This document shows, piece by piece, positions 22,670 to 38,373 of a stretch of DNA of 46,122 nt. Made by a program: the position numbers and the translations under genes. This DNA comes from Nemertoderma westbladi (Eukaryota > Animalia > Xenacoelomorpha): NCBI GenBank assembly GCA_032718475.1, contig JAUCBJ010001773.1, positions 1-46,122 on the forward strand. Direction: 5' to 3'. Every line of letters starts with the position of its first letter. The stretch's first letter is position 1. The notes beneath the pieces were generated by a model. The model was not told the origin of the DNA. It worked only from the letters and a program-made list of their open reading frames with translations, and made no database searches.

Positions 22670-23225
22670 CTTTTTCGGGTTAAATGTGACATTAAAATGA
22701 AAATTCTTACGACAGTTAAAATATTGAGTTGCAATAAAACAAAGATTAGTATCAGAGTATCACCCCATTAGGATAACTTAATTATTAGTTAGAGCTTGCT
22801 ACAGTAGTTGGGGTGTATTGCCAAGTTATTAAGAAGTCTAAACGATGAATGGTGTAAAATTAATTCCTTCCCAAATAAAAACAAAAAGTAAAGGTACATA
22901 CAGTACATATTTATTTCACTTCAAAGCATGCTAACAGCTATGATATAATATCATTAAAAGCAAATTAAAATAACTTTTAATATACATTTTAATCATCAGC
23001 GTTCTATAACGCCACACAACGAGTTACTTCGATTAGCTTCCTAACTTAAACTATAGAAATGATTGGTTTACATTTACAGTTTAAGCAACGCGTTCCAGGT
23101 ACCACCCAAGTCCATAGGTCCAACTACCAAACACCCTTCCCAGTTCCTATTTCAGTATTGGCATTCACTCATGTATGTAAAGTTACTATTATCAACGAAT
23201 TCTATATACCAATAAATATACTCAC

Positions 23226-23370
23226 TTTCCTCTCTCGAAGTTATTCTTTTTGTTATCCAACAAAAGTTTATCAGTTTCTCCCAAGAGACCGAAAATGATT
23301 ATAAATACATTGGCATCGGTTCCTGCGTTTCTTACATTGCTAGTAGTAACAACTATTTGGTAACAACATT
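23226..23370 (-). CDS. PLAT-repeat gene, exon 6: N-half of PLAT domain 1
   Basis: 145 nt, TTTTTTTAG acceptor, GTGAGT donor. Encodes [48 protein letters not shown]. Confidence 0.9.
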
Positions 23371-23600
23371 CTAAAAAAATGGTTATTTACTGTAAAACAA
23401 TAGCGAATTATTCATTAACCACTTACAGTAACTCTTATATATATATAAAGTTCTCGCAAAACGTGATAGAATCGTTGCGCTCGCTCTGAAAATAAAATAC
23501 ACTCGGGTCATAACGCTGAAAAGTGCTAATTTTCATTCAATGATGTAAACAGTTATTTTTGCTATGTAAATTGCGCGTCTATAGCGGAGTCTGTAGTCGA

Positions 23601-23663
23601 ACACACTCACTCACACAGACACTCACTTAACGACAGACACTTACTTACACAGACACTCACTTA
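23601..23663. repeat. Detached distal units of the 16-bp satellite
   Basis: About four ACAGACACTCACTT/C units, separated from the main array by a ~750-bp insert. Confidence 0.85.
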
Positions 23664-23664
23664 A

Positions 23665-24420
23665 GGGGGGGGGGGGGGGGGGGGGGGGGGGGTGGTACAC
23701 CATTTTGGTCCAAAATATGTCGACATTTCTTTATAGTCTATTATAATGCACCATTGAATGGTGTTTCCAAATCTGAAAACCGCTATTTAATAGCTCTTTT
23801 TGTTTTCAAGTTATAACAATTTCAATTTAGGGAATCCTATTGAAATTACTATTACTATGTATAATGAAAGGTCGATTATCTCCAAATATTTTTTTTATGA
23901 AATTGTCAACTTCAAAACCCTACTACTTCTACAATTTTTGGTTTTTTTAGTAGGATTTTTTTATTTTTTTATTTTTTTAGTAAGGTTTTTTAGTAATTAG
24001 TCTGAAACTTTCTGTGGCTGTCTAGATAGCAACCCTGCATAAAAGTATCAGACAACTTTTCGAAATTTTTTGTTAATAAAATTTAATACTATTTATAAAA
24101 AACCTAAAAATTTGCATAAATTTGCAGCGCCACCTAGCGATGCAGAATTATTTTCACAAAATTTCGCCTGATAGTTATGTTGCCCCATCTTTGATATATC
24201 ATATAAAAAAACTTTCATGTGATTAGGTTCAAAACTGTAAAAGCCTTAGGGTTTTAAGCGCAGCCAAGTGTTTTTTATTGTTAACTAGTATTAACTAATA
24301 ATAAATAGCGAAAAAAAAAATTTCTGACCTGTCATGTAGAATAACATCTTAGGCAGTAGGCACCTATATGCCAAATTTTAGCCAAAACCAAACAATTTTG
24401 AAACGCTGAGAGTGATTGAT
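23665..24420. mobile_element. Probable truncated DNA-transposon fragment inserted in the satellite
   Basis: Begins after TTAA with a G-run and GTACACC; no matching right terminus seen. One CTCF-like motif lies at 24126-24139. Confidence 0.4.
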
Positions 24421-24422
24421 GT

Positions 24423-27400
24423 CAGACACTCACTTAACGACAGACACTCACTTACACAGACACTCACTTCACGACAGACACCTCACTTATACACAGACGC
24501 TCACTCACACAGACACTCACTCACACAGACACTCACTTACACAGACACTCACTCACACAGACACTCACTCACACAAACACTCAATTACACAGACACTCAC
24601 TCACACAGACACTCACTCACACAGACACTCACTCACACAGACACTCACTTACGCAGACACTCACTCACATAGACACTCACTCACACAGACACTCACTTAC
24701 ACAGACACTCACTCACACAGACACTCACTCACACAGACACTCACTTACACAGACACTCACTCACACGGACACTCACTCACACAGACACTCACTCAAACAG
24801 ACACTCACCCACACAGACACTCACTCACACAGACACTCACTCACACAGACACTCATTTACACAGACACTCACTCACACAGACACTCACTCACACAGACAC
24901 TCACTTACACAGACACTCACTCACACAGACACTCACTCACACAAACACTCAATTACACAGACACTCACTCACACAGACACTCACTCACACAGACACTCAC
25001 TCACACAGACACTCAATTACGCAGACACTCACTCACATAGACACTCACTCACACAGACACTCACTTACACAGACACTCACTCACACAGACACTCACTCAC
25101 ACAGACACTGACTTACACAGACACTCACTCACACGGACACTCACTCACACAGACACTCACTCAAACAGACACTCACCCACACAGACACTCACTCACACAG
25201 ACACTCACTCACACATACACTCACTCACACAGACACTCACTCCACAGACACTCACTCACACAGACACTCACTCACACAGACACTCAGTTACAAAGACACT
25301 CACTCACACAGACACTCACTTACACAGACACTCACTCACATAGACACTCACTCACACAGACACTCACTTACACAGACACTCACTCACACAGACACTCACT
25401 CACACAGACACTCATTTACAAAGACACTCACTCACACAGACACTCACTTACACAGACACTCACTCACATAGACTCTCACTCACACAGACACTCACTTACA
25501 CAGACACTCACTCACACAGACACTCACTCACACAGACACTCACTTACACAGACACTCACTCACACAGACACTCAATTACTCAGACACTCACTCACACAGA
25601 CACTCACTCACACAGACACTCACTTACACAGACACTCACTTAACGACAGACACTCACTCACACAGAAACCCACTTACACAGACACTCACTTACAAAGACA
25701 CTCACTTACACAGACACTCACACCCCTTCACTTACACAGACACTCACTTAACGACAGACACTCATTTACACAGACACTCACTTAACGACAGACACTCACT
25801 TACACAGACACTCGCTTAACGAGAGACACTCACTCACATAGACACTCATTTACATAGACACTCACTTACACAGACACTCACTTACACAAACACTCACCTA
25901 CACAGAAAGGCACTTACACAGACATTCACTTACACAGACACTCACTCACACAGGCACTCAATTACACAGACACTCACTTAACGACAGACACTCACTTACA
26001 CAGACACTCACTTAACGACAGACACTCATTTACACAGACACTCACTTTCACAGACACTCACTTACACAGACACTTACTCACACAGACACTCATTTATTAC
26101 ACAGACACTCACTTAACGACAGAGACTCACTTACATAGACATTCACTTACACAGACGCTCACACAGACGCTCACACAGACACTCACTTACACAGACACTC
26201 ACTTAACGACTAACACTCACTTACACAGACACTCACTTCACGACAGACACTCACTTGCACAGACACTCACTTACACAGACACTCACTTAATGACAGACAC
26301 TCACTTACACAGACACTCACTTAACGACAGACACTCCCTTACACAGACACTCACTTAAACAGACATTCACTTACACAGACATTCACTTACACAGACACTC
26401 ATTTACACAGATACTCACTTAACGACAGACACTCACTCACACAGACACTCCCTTACACAGACACTCACTTAACGACAGACACTCACTTACACAGACACTC
26501 ACTTCACGACAGACACTCACTTCACGACAGACACTCACTTGCACAGACACTCACTTACACAGACACTCACTTAATGACAGACACTCACTTACACAGACAC
26601 TCACTTACACAGACACTCACTTAACGACAGACACTCCCTTACACAGACTCTCACTTACACAGACACTCACTTGCACAGATACTCACTTACACAGACACGC
26701 ACTTACACAGACACTCACTTAACGACAGACATTCACAAACACAGACACTCACTTAACAAAAGACACTCACTTACACAGATACTCACTTACACAGATACTC
26801 ACTTAACGACAGACACTCACTTACACAGGCACTCCCTTACACAGACATTCACTTACACATACACTCACTTAACGACAGACACTCACTTACACAGACACGC
26901 ACTTACACAGACACTCACTTAACGACAGACATTCACTAACACAGACACTCACTTAACAAAAGACACTCACTTACACAGATACTCACTTACACAGATACTC
27001 ACTTAATGACAGACACTCACTTACACAGGCACTCCCCTACACAGACATTCACTTACACATACACTCACTTAACGACAGACACTCACTTAACAGACACTCA
27101 CTTAACGACAGACACTCACTTACACAGACTCTCACTTACACAGACACTTACACAGACACTCACTTACACAGACACTCACTTACACAGGCACTCACTTAAC
27201 GACAGACACTCACTTACACACTCACTTACACAGACACTCACATAACGACATACACTCACTTATACAGACATTCACTTACACAGACACTCACTTACACAGA
27301 CACTCACTTACACAGACACTCACTTAACGACAGACACTCACTTACACAGAGACTCACTTACACTGACACTCACTTACACAGACACTCACTTACACAGAAA

Positions 27401-30400
27401 CTCACTCACACAGACACACACTCACACAGACACTCACTTACACAGACACTAAGTTACCCAAACACTCAACGACACACACTCACTCACACAGACACTCACT
27501 TACACAGACACTCACACAGACACTCACTTACACAGAGACTCACTTACTCAGACACTCCCTCACACTGACACTAACTCACACAGACACTCACTTACACAGA
27601 CACTCACTTACACAGACACTCACTAAACGACAGACACTCACTTACACAGACACTCACTAACACAGACACTCACTTACACAGACACTCACTTAACGACAGA
27701 CACTCACTTACACAGACTCTCACTTACACAGACACTCACTTACACAGACACTCACTCACACAGACACTCACTCACACAGACACTCACTTACACAGACACT
27801 CACTTACACAGACAGACACTCACATACACAGACACTCACTCACACAGACACTCACTTACACAGACACTCACTTACACAGACACTCACTTAACGACAGACA
27901 CTCACTTACACAGACACTCACTTACACAGACACTCACTTACACAGACACTCACTCACACAGACACTCACTTACACAGACACTCACTCACACAGACACTCA
28001 CACAGACACTCACTTACACAGACACTCACTCACACAGACACTCACTCACACAGACACTCACTCACACAGACACTCACTCACACAGACACTCACTCACACA
28101 GACACTCACTTACACAGACACTCACTTACACAGACACTCACTCACACAGACACTCACTTACACAGACACTCAATTACACAGACACTCAATTACACAGACA
28201 CTCACTCACACAGACACTCACTCACACGGACACTCACTTACACAGACACTCACTCACAGACACTCACTCACACAGACAATCAATTACACAGACACTCACT
28301 CACACAGACACTCACTCACACAGACATTCACTTACACAGACACTCACTAACACAGACACTCACTCTCACAGACACTCACTTACACAGAAACTCACTCACA
28401 CAGACACTCACTCACACAGACACTCACTCACACAGACACTCACTTACACAGACACTCACTAACACAGACACTCAGTTACACAGACACTCACTTACACAGA
28501 CACTCACTTAACGACAGACACTCACTTACACAGACACTCACTTAACGACAGACACCCACTTACACAGACACTCACTCACACAGACACTCACTCACACAGA
28601 CACTCACTTACACAGACACTCACTTACACAGACACTCACTTAACGACAGACACTCACTTATACAGACACTCACTTAAAGACAGACACTCACTTAACGACA
28701 GACACTCACTTTCACAGACACTCACTCACACAGACACTCACTTACACAGACACTCACTCACACAAACACTTACTTACACAGACACTCACTTACACAGACA
28801 CTCACTCACACAGACACTGACTCACACAGACACTCACTTACACAGACACTCACTTACACAGACACTCACTCACACAGACACTCACTTACACAGACACTCA
28901 CTTACACAGACACTCACTCACACATACACTCACTCACACAGACACTCACTTACACAGACACTCACTCACACAGACACTCACTCACACAGACACTCAGTTA
29001 CAAAGACACTCACTCACACAGACAGTCACTTACACAGACACTCACTCACATAGACACTCACTCACACAGACACTCACTTACACAGACACTCACTCACACA
29101 GACACTCACTCACACAGACACTCAGTTACAAAGACACTCACTCACACAGACACTCACTTACACAGACACTCACTCACATAGACACTCACTCACACAGACA
29201 CTCACTTACACAGACACTCACTCACACAGACACTCACTCACACAGACACTCACTTACACAGAAACTCACTCACACAGACACTCAATTACACAGACACTCA
29301 CTCGCACAGACACTCACTCACACAGACACTCACTTACACAGACACTCACTCACACAGACACTCACTCACACAGACACTCACTCACACAGACACGCACTCA
29401 CACAGACACTCACTTACACAGACACTCACACACACAGACACTCACTCACACAGACACTCAATTACACAAACACTTAGTTACACAGACACTCACTTAACGA
29501 CAGACACTCACTTAACGACAGACACTCACTTACACAGACACTCACTCACACAGACACTCACTTACACAGACACTCACACAGACACTCACTCACACAGACA
29601 CTCACTTACACAGACACTCACACACACAGACACTCACTCACACACACACTCACTTACACAGACACTCACTCACACAGACACTCACTCACACAGATACTCA
29701 TTTACACAGACGCTCACTCACACAGACACTCACTCACACAGACACTCACTTACACAGACACTCACTCACACAGACACTCACTCACACAAACACTCAATTA
29801 CACAGACACTCACTCACACAGACACTCACTCACACAGACACTCACTCACACAGACACTCAATTACGCAGACACTCACTCACATAGACACTCACTCACACA
29901 GACACTCACTTACACAGACACTCACTCACACAGACACTCACTCACACAGACACTCACTTACACAGACACTCACTCACACGGACACTCACTCACACAGACA
30001 CTCACTCAAACAGACACTCACCCACACAGACACTCACTCACACAGACACTCACTCACACAGACACTCATTTACACAGACACTCACTCACACAGACACTCA
30101 CTCACACAGACACTCACTTACACAGACACTCACTCACACAGACACTCACTCACACAAACACTCAATTACACAGACACTCACTCACACAGACACTCACTCA
30201 CACAGACACTCACTCACACAGACACTCAATTACGCAGACACTCACTCACATAGACACTCACTCACACAGACACTCACTTACACAGACACTCACTCACACA
30301 GACACTCACTCACACAGACACTGACTTACACAGACACTCACTCACACGGACACTCACTCACACAGACACTCACTCAAACAGACACTCACCCACACAGACA

Positions 30401-33400
30401 CTCACTCACACAGACACTCACTCACACATACACTCACTCACACAGACACTCACTCCACAGACACTCACTCACACAGACACTCACTCACACAGACACTCAG
30501 TTACAAAGACACTCACTCACACAGACACTCACTTACACAGACACTCACTCACATAGACACTCACTCACACAGACACTCACTTACACAGACACTCACTCAC
30601 ACAGACACTCACTCACACAGACACTCATTTACAAAGACACTCACTCACACAGACACTCACTTACACAGACACTCACTCACATAGACTCTCACTCACACAG
30701 ACACTCACTTACACAGACACTCACTCACACAGACACTCACTCACACAGACACTCACTTACACAGACACTCACTCACACAGACACTCAATTACTCAGACAC
30801 TCACTCACACAGACACTCACTCACACAGACACTCACTTACACAGACACTCACTTAACGACAGACACTCACTCACACAGAAACCCACTTACACAGACACTC
30901 ACTTACAAAGACACTCACTTACACAGACACTCACACCCCTTCACTTACACAGACACTCACTTAACGACAGACACTCATTTACACAGACACTCACTTAACG
31001 ACAGACACTCACTTACACAGACACTCGCTTAACGAGAGACACTCACTCACATAGACACTCATTTACATAGACACTCACTTACACAGACACTCACTTACAC
31101 AAACACTCACCTACACAGAAAGGCACTTACACAGACATTCACTTACACAGACACTCACTCACACAGGCACTCAATTACACAGACACTCACTTAACGACAG
31201 ACACTCACTTACACAGACACTCACTTAACGACAGACACTCATTTACACAGACACTCACTTTCACAGACACTCACTTACACAGACACTTACTCACACAGAC
31301 ACTCATTTATTACACAGACACTCACTTAACGACAGAGACTCACTTACATAGACATTCACTTACACAGACGCTCACACAGACGCTCACACAGACACTCACT
31401 TACACAGACACTCACTTAACGACTAACACTCACTTACACAGACACTCACTTCACGACAGACACTCACTTGCACAGACACTCACTTACACAGACACTCACT
31501 TAATGACAGACACTCACTTACACAGACACTCACTTAACGACAGACACTCCCTTACACAGACACTCACTTAAACAGACATTCACTTACACAGACATTCACT
31601 TACACAGACACTCATTTACACAGATACTCACTTAACGACAGACACTCACTCACACAGACACTCCCTTACACAGACACTCACTTAACGACAGACACTCACT
31701 TACACAGACACTCACTTCACGACAGACACTCACTTCACGACAGACACTCACTTGCACAGACACTCACTTACACAGACACTCACTTAATGACAGACACTCA
31801 CTTACACAGACACTCACTTACACAGACACTCACTTAACGACAGACACTCCCTTACACAGACTCTCACTTACACAGACACTCACTTGCACAGATACTCACT
31901 TACACAGACACGCACTTACACAGACACTCACTTAACGACAGACATTCACAAACACAGACACTCACTTAACAAAAGACACTCACTTACACAGATACTCACT
32001 TACACAGATACTCACTTAACGACAGACACTCACTTACACAGGCACTCCCTTACACAGACATTCACTTACACATACACTCACTTAACGACAGACACTCACT
32101 TACACAGACACGCACTTACACAGACACTCACTTAACGACAGACATTCACTAACACAGACACTCACTTAACAAAAGACACTCACTTACACAGATACTCACT
32201 TACACAGATACTCACTTAATGACAGACACTCACTTACACAGGCACTCCCCTACACAGACATTCACTTACACATACACTCACTTAACGACAGACACTCACT
32301 TAACAGACACTCACTTAACGACAGACACTCACTTACACAGACTCTCACTTACACAGACACTTACACAGACACTCACTTACACAGACACTCACTTACACAG
32401 GCACTCACTTAACGACAGACACTCACTTACACACTCACTTACACAGACACTCACATAACGACATACACTCACTTATACAGACATTCACTTACACAGACAC
32501 TCACTTACACAGACACTCACTTACACAGACACTCACTTAACGACAGACACTCACTTACACAGAGACTCACTTACACTGACACTCACTTACACAGACACTC
32601 ACTTACACAGAAACTCACTCACACAGACACACACTCACACAGACACTCACTTACACAGACACTAAGTTACCCAAACACTCAACGACACACACTCACTCAC
32701 ACAGACACTCACTTACACAGACACTCACACAGACACTCACTTACACAGAGACTCACTTACTCAGACACTCCCTCACACTGACACTAACTCACACAGACAC
32801 TCACTTACACAGACACTCACTTACACAGACACTCACTAAACGACAGACACTCACTTACACAGACACTCACTAACACAGACACTCACTTACACAGACACTC
32901 ACTTAACGACAGACACTCACTTACACAGACTCTCACTTACACAGACACTCACTTACACAGACACTCACTCACACAGACACTCACTCACACAGACACTCAC
33001 TTACACAGACACTCACTTACACAGACAGATACTCACATACACAGACACTCACTCACACAGACACTCACTTACACAGACACTCACTTACACAGACACTCAC
33101 TTAACGACAGACACTCACTTACACAGACACTCACTTACACAGACACTCACTTACACAGACACTCACTCACACAGACACTCACTTACACAGACACTCACTC
33201 ACACAGAAACTCACACAGACACTCACTTACACAGACACTCACTCACACAGACACTCACTCACACAGACACTCACTCACACAGACACTCACTCACACAGAC
33301 ACTCACTCACACAGACACTCACTTACACAGACACTCACTTACACAGACACTCACTCACACAGACACTCACTTACACAGACACTCAATTACACAGACAATC

Positions 33401-36400
33401 AATTACACAGACACTCACTCACACAGACACTCACTCACACGGACACTCACTTACACAGACACTCACTCACAGACACTCACTCACACAGACAATCAATTAC
33501 AGAGACACTCACTCACACAGACACTCACTCACACAGACATTCACTTACACAGACACTCACTAACACAGACACTCACTCTCACAGACACTCACTTACACAG
33601 AAACTCACTCACACAGACACTCACTCACACAGACACTCACTCACACAGACACTCACTTACACAGACACTCACTAACACAGACACTCAGTTACACAGACAC
33701 TCACTTACACAGACACTCACTTAACGACAGACACTCACTTACACAGACACTCACTTAACGACAGACACCCACTTACACAGACACTCACTCACACAGACAC
33801 TCACTCACACAGACACTCACTTACACAGACACTCACTCACACAGACACTCAATTACACAGACACTCACTCACACAGACACTCACTCACACAGACACTCAC
33901 TTACACAGACACTCACTCACACAGACACTCACTCACACAGACACTCAATTACACAGACACTCACTTACACAGAGACTCACTCACACAGACACTCACTTAC
34001 ACAGACACTCAATTACACAGACACTCAATTACACAGACACTCACTCACACGGACACTCACTTACACAGACACTCACTCACAGACACTCACTCACACAGAC
34101 AATCAATTACAGAGACACTCACTCACACAGACACTCACTCACACAGACATTCACTTACACAGACACTCACTAACACAGACACTCACTCTCACAGACACTC
34201 ACTTACACAGAAACTCACTCACACAGACACTCACTCACACAGACACTCACTCACACAGACACTCACTTACACAGACACTCACTAACACAGACACTCAGTT
34301 ACACAGACACTCACTTACACAGACACTCACTTAACGACAGACACTCACTTACACAGACACTCACTTAACGACAGACACCCACTTACACAGACACTCACTC
34401 ACACAGACACTCACTCACACAGACACTCACTTACACAGACACTCACTCACACAGACACTCAATTACACAGAAACTCACTCACACAGACACTCACTCACAC
34501 AGACACTCACTTACACAGACACTCACTCACACAGACACTCACTCACACAGACACTCAATTACACAGACACTCACTTACACAGAGACTCACTCACACAGAC
34601 ACTCACTCACACAGACACTCACTCACACAGACACTCACTCACACAGACACGCACTCACACAGACACTCACTTACACAGACACTCACACACACAGACACTC
34701 ACTCACACAGACACTCAATTACACAAACACTTAGTTACACAGACACTCACTTAACGACAGACACTCACTTAACGACAGACACTCACTTACACAGACACTC
34801 ACTCACACAGACACTCACTTACACAGACACTCACTCACACAGACACTCACTCACACAGACACTCACTTACACAGACACTCACTCACACAGACACTCACTC
34901 ACACAGGCACTCACTTACACAGAAACTCACTCACACAGACACTCACTCACACAGATACTCATTTACACAGACGCTCACTCACACAGACACTCACTCACAC
35001 AGACACTCACTTACACAGACACTCACTCACACAGACACTCACTCACACAAACACTCAATTACACAGACACTCACTCACACAGACACTCACTCACACAGAC
35101 ACTCACTCACACAGACACTCAATTACGCAGACACTCACTCACATAGACACTCACTCACACAGACACTCACTTACACAGACACTTACTCACACAGACACTC
35201 ACTCACACAGACACTCACTTACACAAACACTCACTCACACGGACACTCACTCACACAGACACTCACTCAAACAGACACTCACCCACACAGACACTCACTC
35301 ACACAGACACTCACTCACACAGACACTCATTTACACAGACACTCACTCACACAGACACTCACTCACACAGACACTCACTCACACAGACACTCACTTACAC
35401 AGACACTCACTCACACAGACACTCACTCACACAGACACTCAATTACACAGACACTCACTTACACAGAGACTCACTCACACAGACACTCACTTACACAGAC
35501 ACTCAATTACACAGACACTCAATTACACAGACACTCACTCACACAGACACTCACTCACACGGACACTCACTTACACAGACACTCACTCACAGACACTCAC
35601 TCACACAGACAATCAATTACAGAGACACTCACTCACACAGACACTCACTCACACAGACATTCACTTACACAGACACTCACTAACACAGACACTCACTCTC
35701 ACAGACACTCACTTACACAGAAACTCACTCACACAGACACTCACTCACACAGACACTCACTCACACAGACACTCACTTACACAGACACTCACTAACACAG
35801 ACACTCAGTTACACAGACACTCACTTACACAGACACTCACTTAACGACAGACACTCACTTACACAGACACTCACTTAACGACAGACACCCACTTACACAG
35901 ACACTCACTCACACAGACACTCACTCACACAGACACTCACTTACACAGACACTCACTCACACAGACACTCAATTACACAGAAACTCACTCACACAGACAC
36001 TCACTCACACAGACACTCACTTACACAGACACTCACTCACACAGACACTCACTCACACAGACACTCAATTACACAGACACTCACTTACACAGAGACTCAC
36101 TCACACAGACACTCACTCACACAGACACTCACTCACACAGACACTCACTCACACAGACACGCACTCACACAGACACTCACTTACACAGACACTCACACAC
36201 ACAGACACTCACTCACACAGACACTCAATTACACAAACACTTAGTTACACAGACACTCACTTAACGACAGACACTCACTTAACGACAGACACTCACTTAC
36301 ACAGACACTCACTCACACAGACACTCACTTACACAGACACTCACTCACACAGACACTCACTCACACAGACACTCACTTACACAGACACTCACTCACACAG

Positions 36401-37228
36401 ACACTCACTCACACAGGCACTCACTTACACAGAAACTCACTCACACAGACACTCACTCACACAGATACTCATTTACACAGACGCTCACTCACACAGACAC
36501 TCACTCACACAGACACTCACTTACACAGACACTCACTCACACAGACACTCACTCACACAAACACTCAATTACACAGACACTCACTCACACAGACACTCAC
36601 TCACACAGACACTCACTCACACAGACACTCAATTACGCAGACACTCACTCACATAGACACTCACTCACACAGACACTCACTTACACAGACACTTACTCAC
36701 ACAGACACTCACTCACACAGACACTCACTTACACAAACACTCACTCACACGGACACTCACTCACACAGACACTCACTCAAACAGACACTCACCCACACAG
36801 ACACTCACTCACACAGACACTCACTCACACAGACACTCATTTACACAGACACTCACTCACACAGACACTCACTCACACAGGCACTCACTTACACAGACAC
36901 TCACTCACACAGACACTCACTCACACAAACACTCAATTACACAGACACTCACTCACACAGACACTCACTCACACAGACACTCACTCACACAGACACTCAA
37001 TTACGCAGACACTCACTCACATAGACACTCACTCACACAGACACTCACTTACACAGACACTCACTCACACAGACACTCACTCACACAGACACTGACTTAC
37101 ACAGACACTCACTCACACGGACACTCACTCACACAGACACTCACTCAAACAGACACTCACCCACACAGACACTCACTCACACAGACACTCACTCACACAG
37201 ACACTCACTCACACAGACACTCACTTAC
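24423..37228. repeat. ~12.8-kb intronic satellite with a 16-bp unit (ACAGACACTCACTYAC), ~800 units, with 17-bp variants and higher-order duplications
   Basis: Directly visible; identical ORF pairs are offset by 5213 bp. Confidence 0.98.
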
Positions 37229-37276
37229 CTTTAGCAGTATCGTCTTCGTCTGCATATATATTCGTTGCAAAAACAT
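37229..37276 (-). CDS. PLAT-repeat gene, exon 5 (48-nt mini-exon)
   Basis: TTTTTACTCCTTAG acceptor, AAAG|GTAAGT donor, phase 1 to 1, open frame DVFATNIYADEDDTAK. It fits between exons 4 and 6. Confidence 0.75.
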
Positions 37277-38373
37277 CTAAGGAGTAAAAATAGTCAACAA
37301 TATCGAGATGACAAACTTGCTTGGTGTTTTTATATTATTTAATAAAATTGACAACTACAGTCAAAGTGGCCAAGGAAACAGTTCAAATTCACAAATTTTA
37401 GAGAATCTATTTATGAAGATATAAATTTATGGAAATCTCTCATTGTACAACGCTGAATTATTAATCGGATATTAAATTATTTATTGAATTACGTCCTGTC
37501 CTATTGGCACTCATGCAAGTTCCTTAGACAAAGACTTTAGCAGCATGCTCTATGTATCAGCAGTCAATATAGTACCCATTGTTTTGTATATTTTTCAGGT
37601 GTTTTAATAATAATAAGCCAGTAGTAAGCGTTTACTGTAAATACTGACTGAATAAACCTTACGTAGAAAGAATTAATGTAAGTAAGTAAGCAGTAAGGGA
37701 AATGGAAATGTTAATTAAGTTGAAGTAAGGGAAATGTTAATTCAACTTAATAGGTTAATTATTAATTAATATGTTAACAGCCTTAGTAATGAATACAGCC
37801 TGCAGTTGGCGTGGAGTTATGAGAGACATTTATTGCCGAATTAGGTCGTTATTTTGCGTTTAAGTTTTGGTGAGGGGGTGGGTCACTATCACGTAAATGA
37901 AGCTTGCCAAAATCTGATGTCTTTGACCCAGTCTGTCTGGTCTCACCCAACCAACGGCAAATAAAATTGAACAGTTTGAAATTTTTGCTACAGTAATGCG
38001 CTACAGTAAACTGATAGACTATGATACTTATGTACTTAGTTTGGTTTAATTCCATCAAAAACTTTAGATTTCAAAGACAAAGACTGCATGCACATCTTCA
38101 TAGCTCGCCCCTACCCTCCAAATATATTACTTTTTTATCATTTATATACGATTATTTATCCCGTGATAACCAGGATGTTACCTTATAATTAAACGGCGCG
38201 ACATTAAATAAAATATGAGTCGTTCTATGCGTATATTCCAGAAAGCATAAATATTACGGCCCTTTCATTGCAAAACCAAGTATCCCAATCACTTTCAATT
38301 TTGAGGAAAACGCAAAGGACGATTGATGAAATGAAATGAATCTCAAAAAATGAATCGTGAAAATATATCTGAA

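Noticed and set aside
24412-32458. His/Thr-rich ORFs in the 16-bp satellite
   Set aside because: They are stop-poor readings of the satellite, antisense to the gene, with no exon signals.
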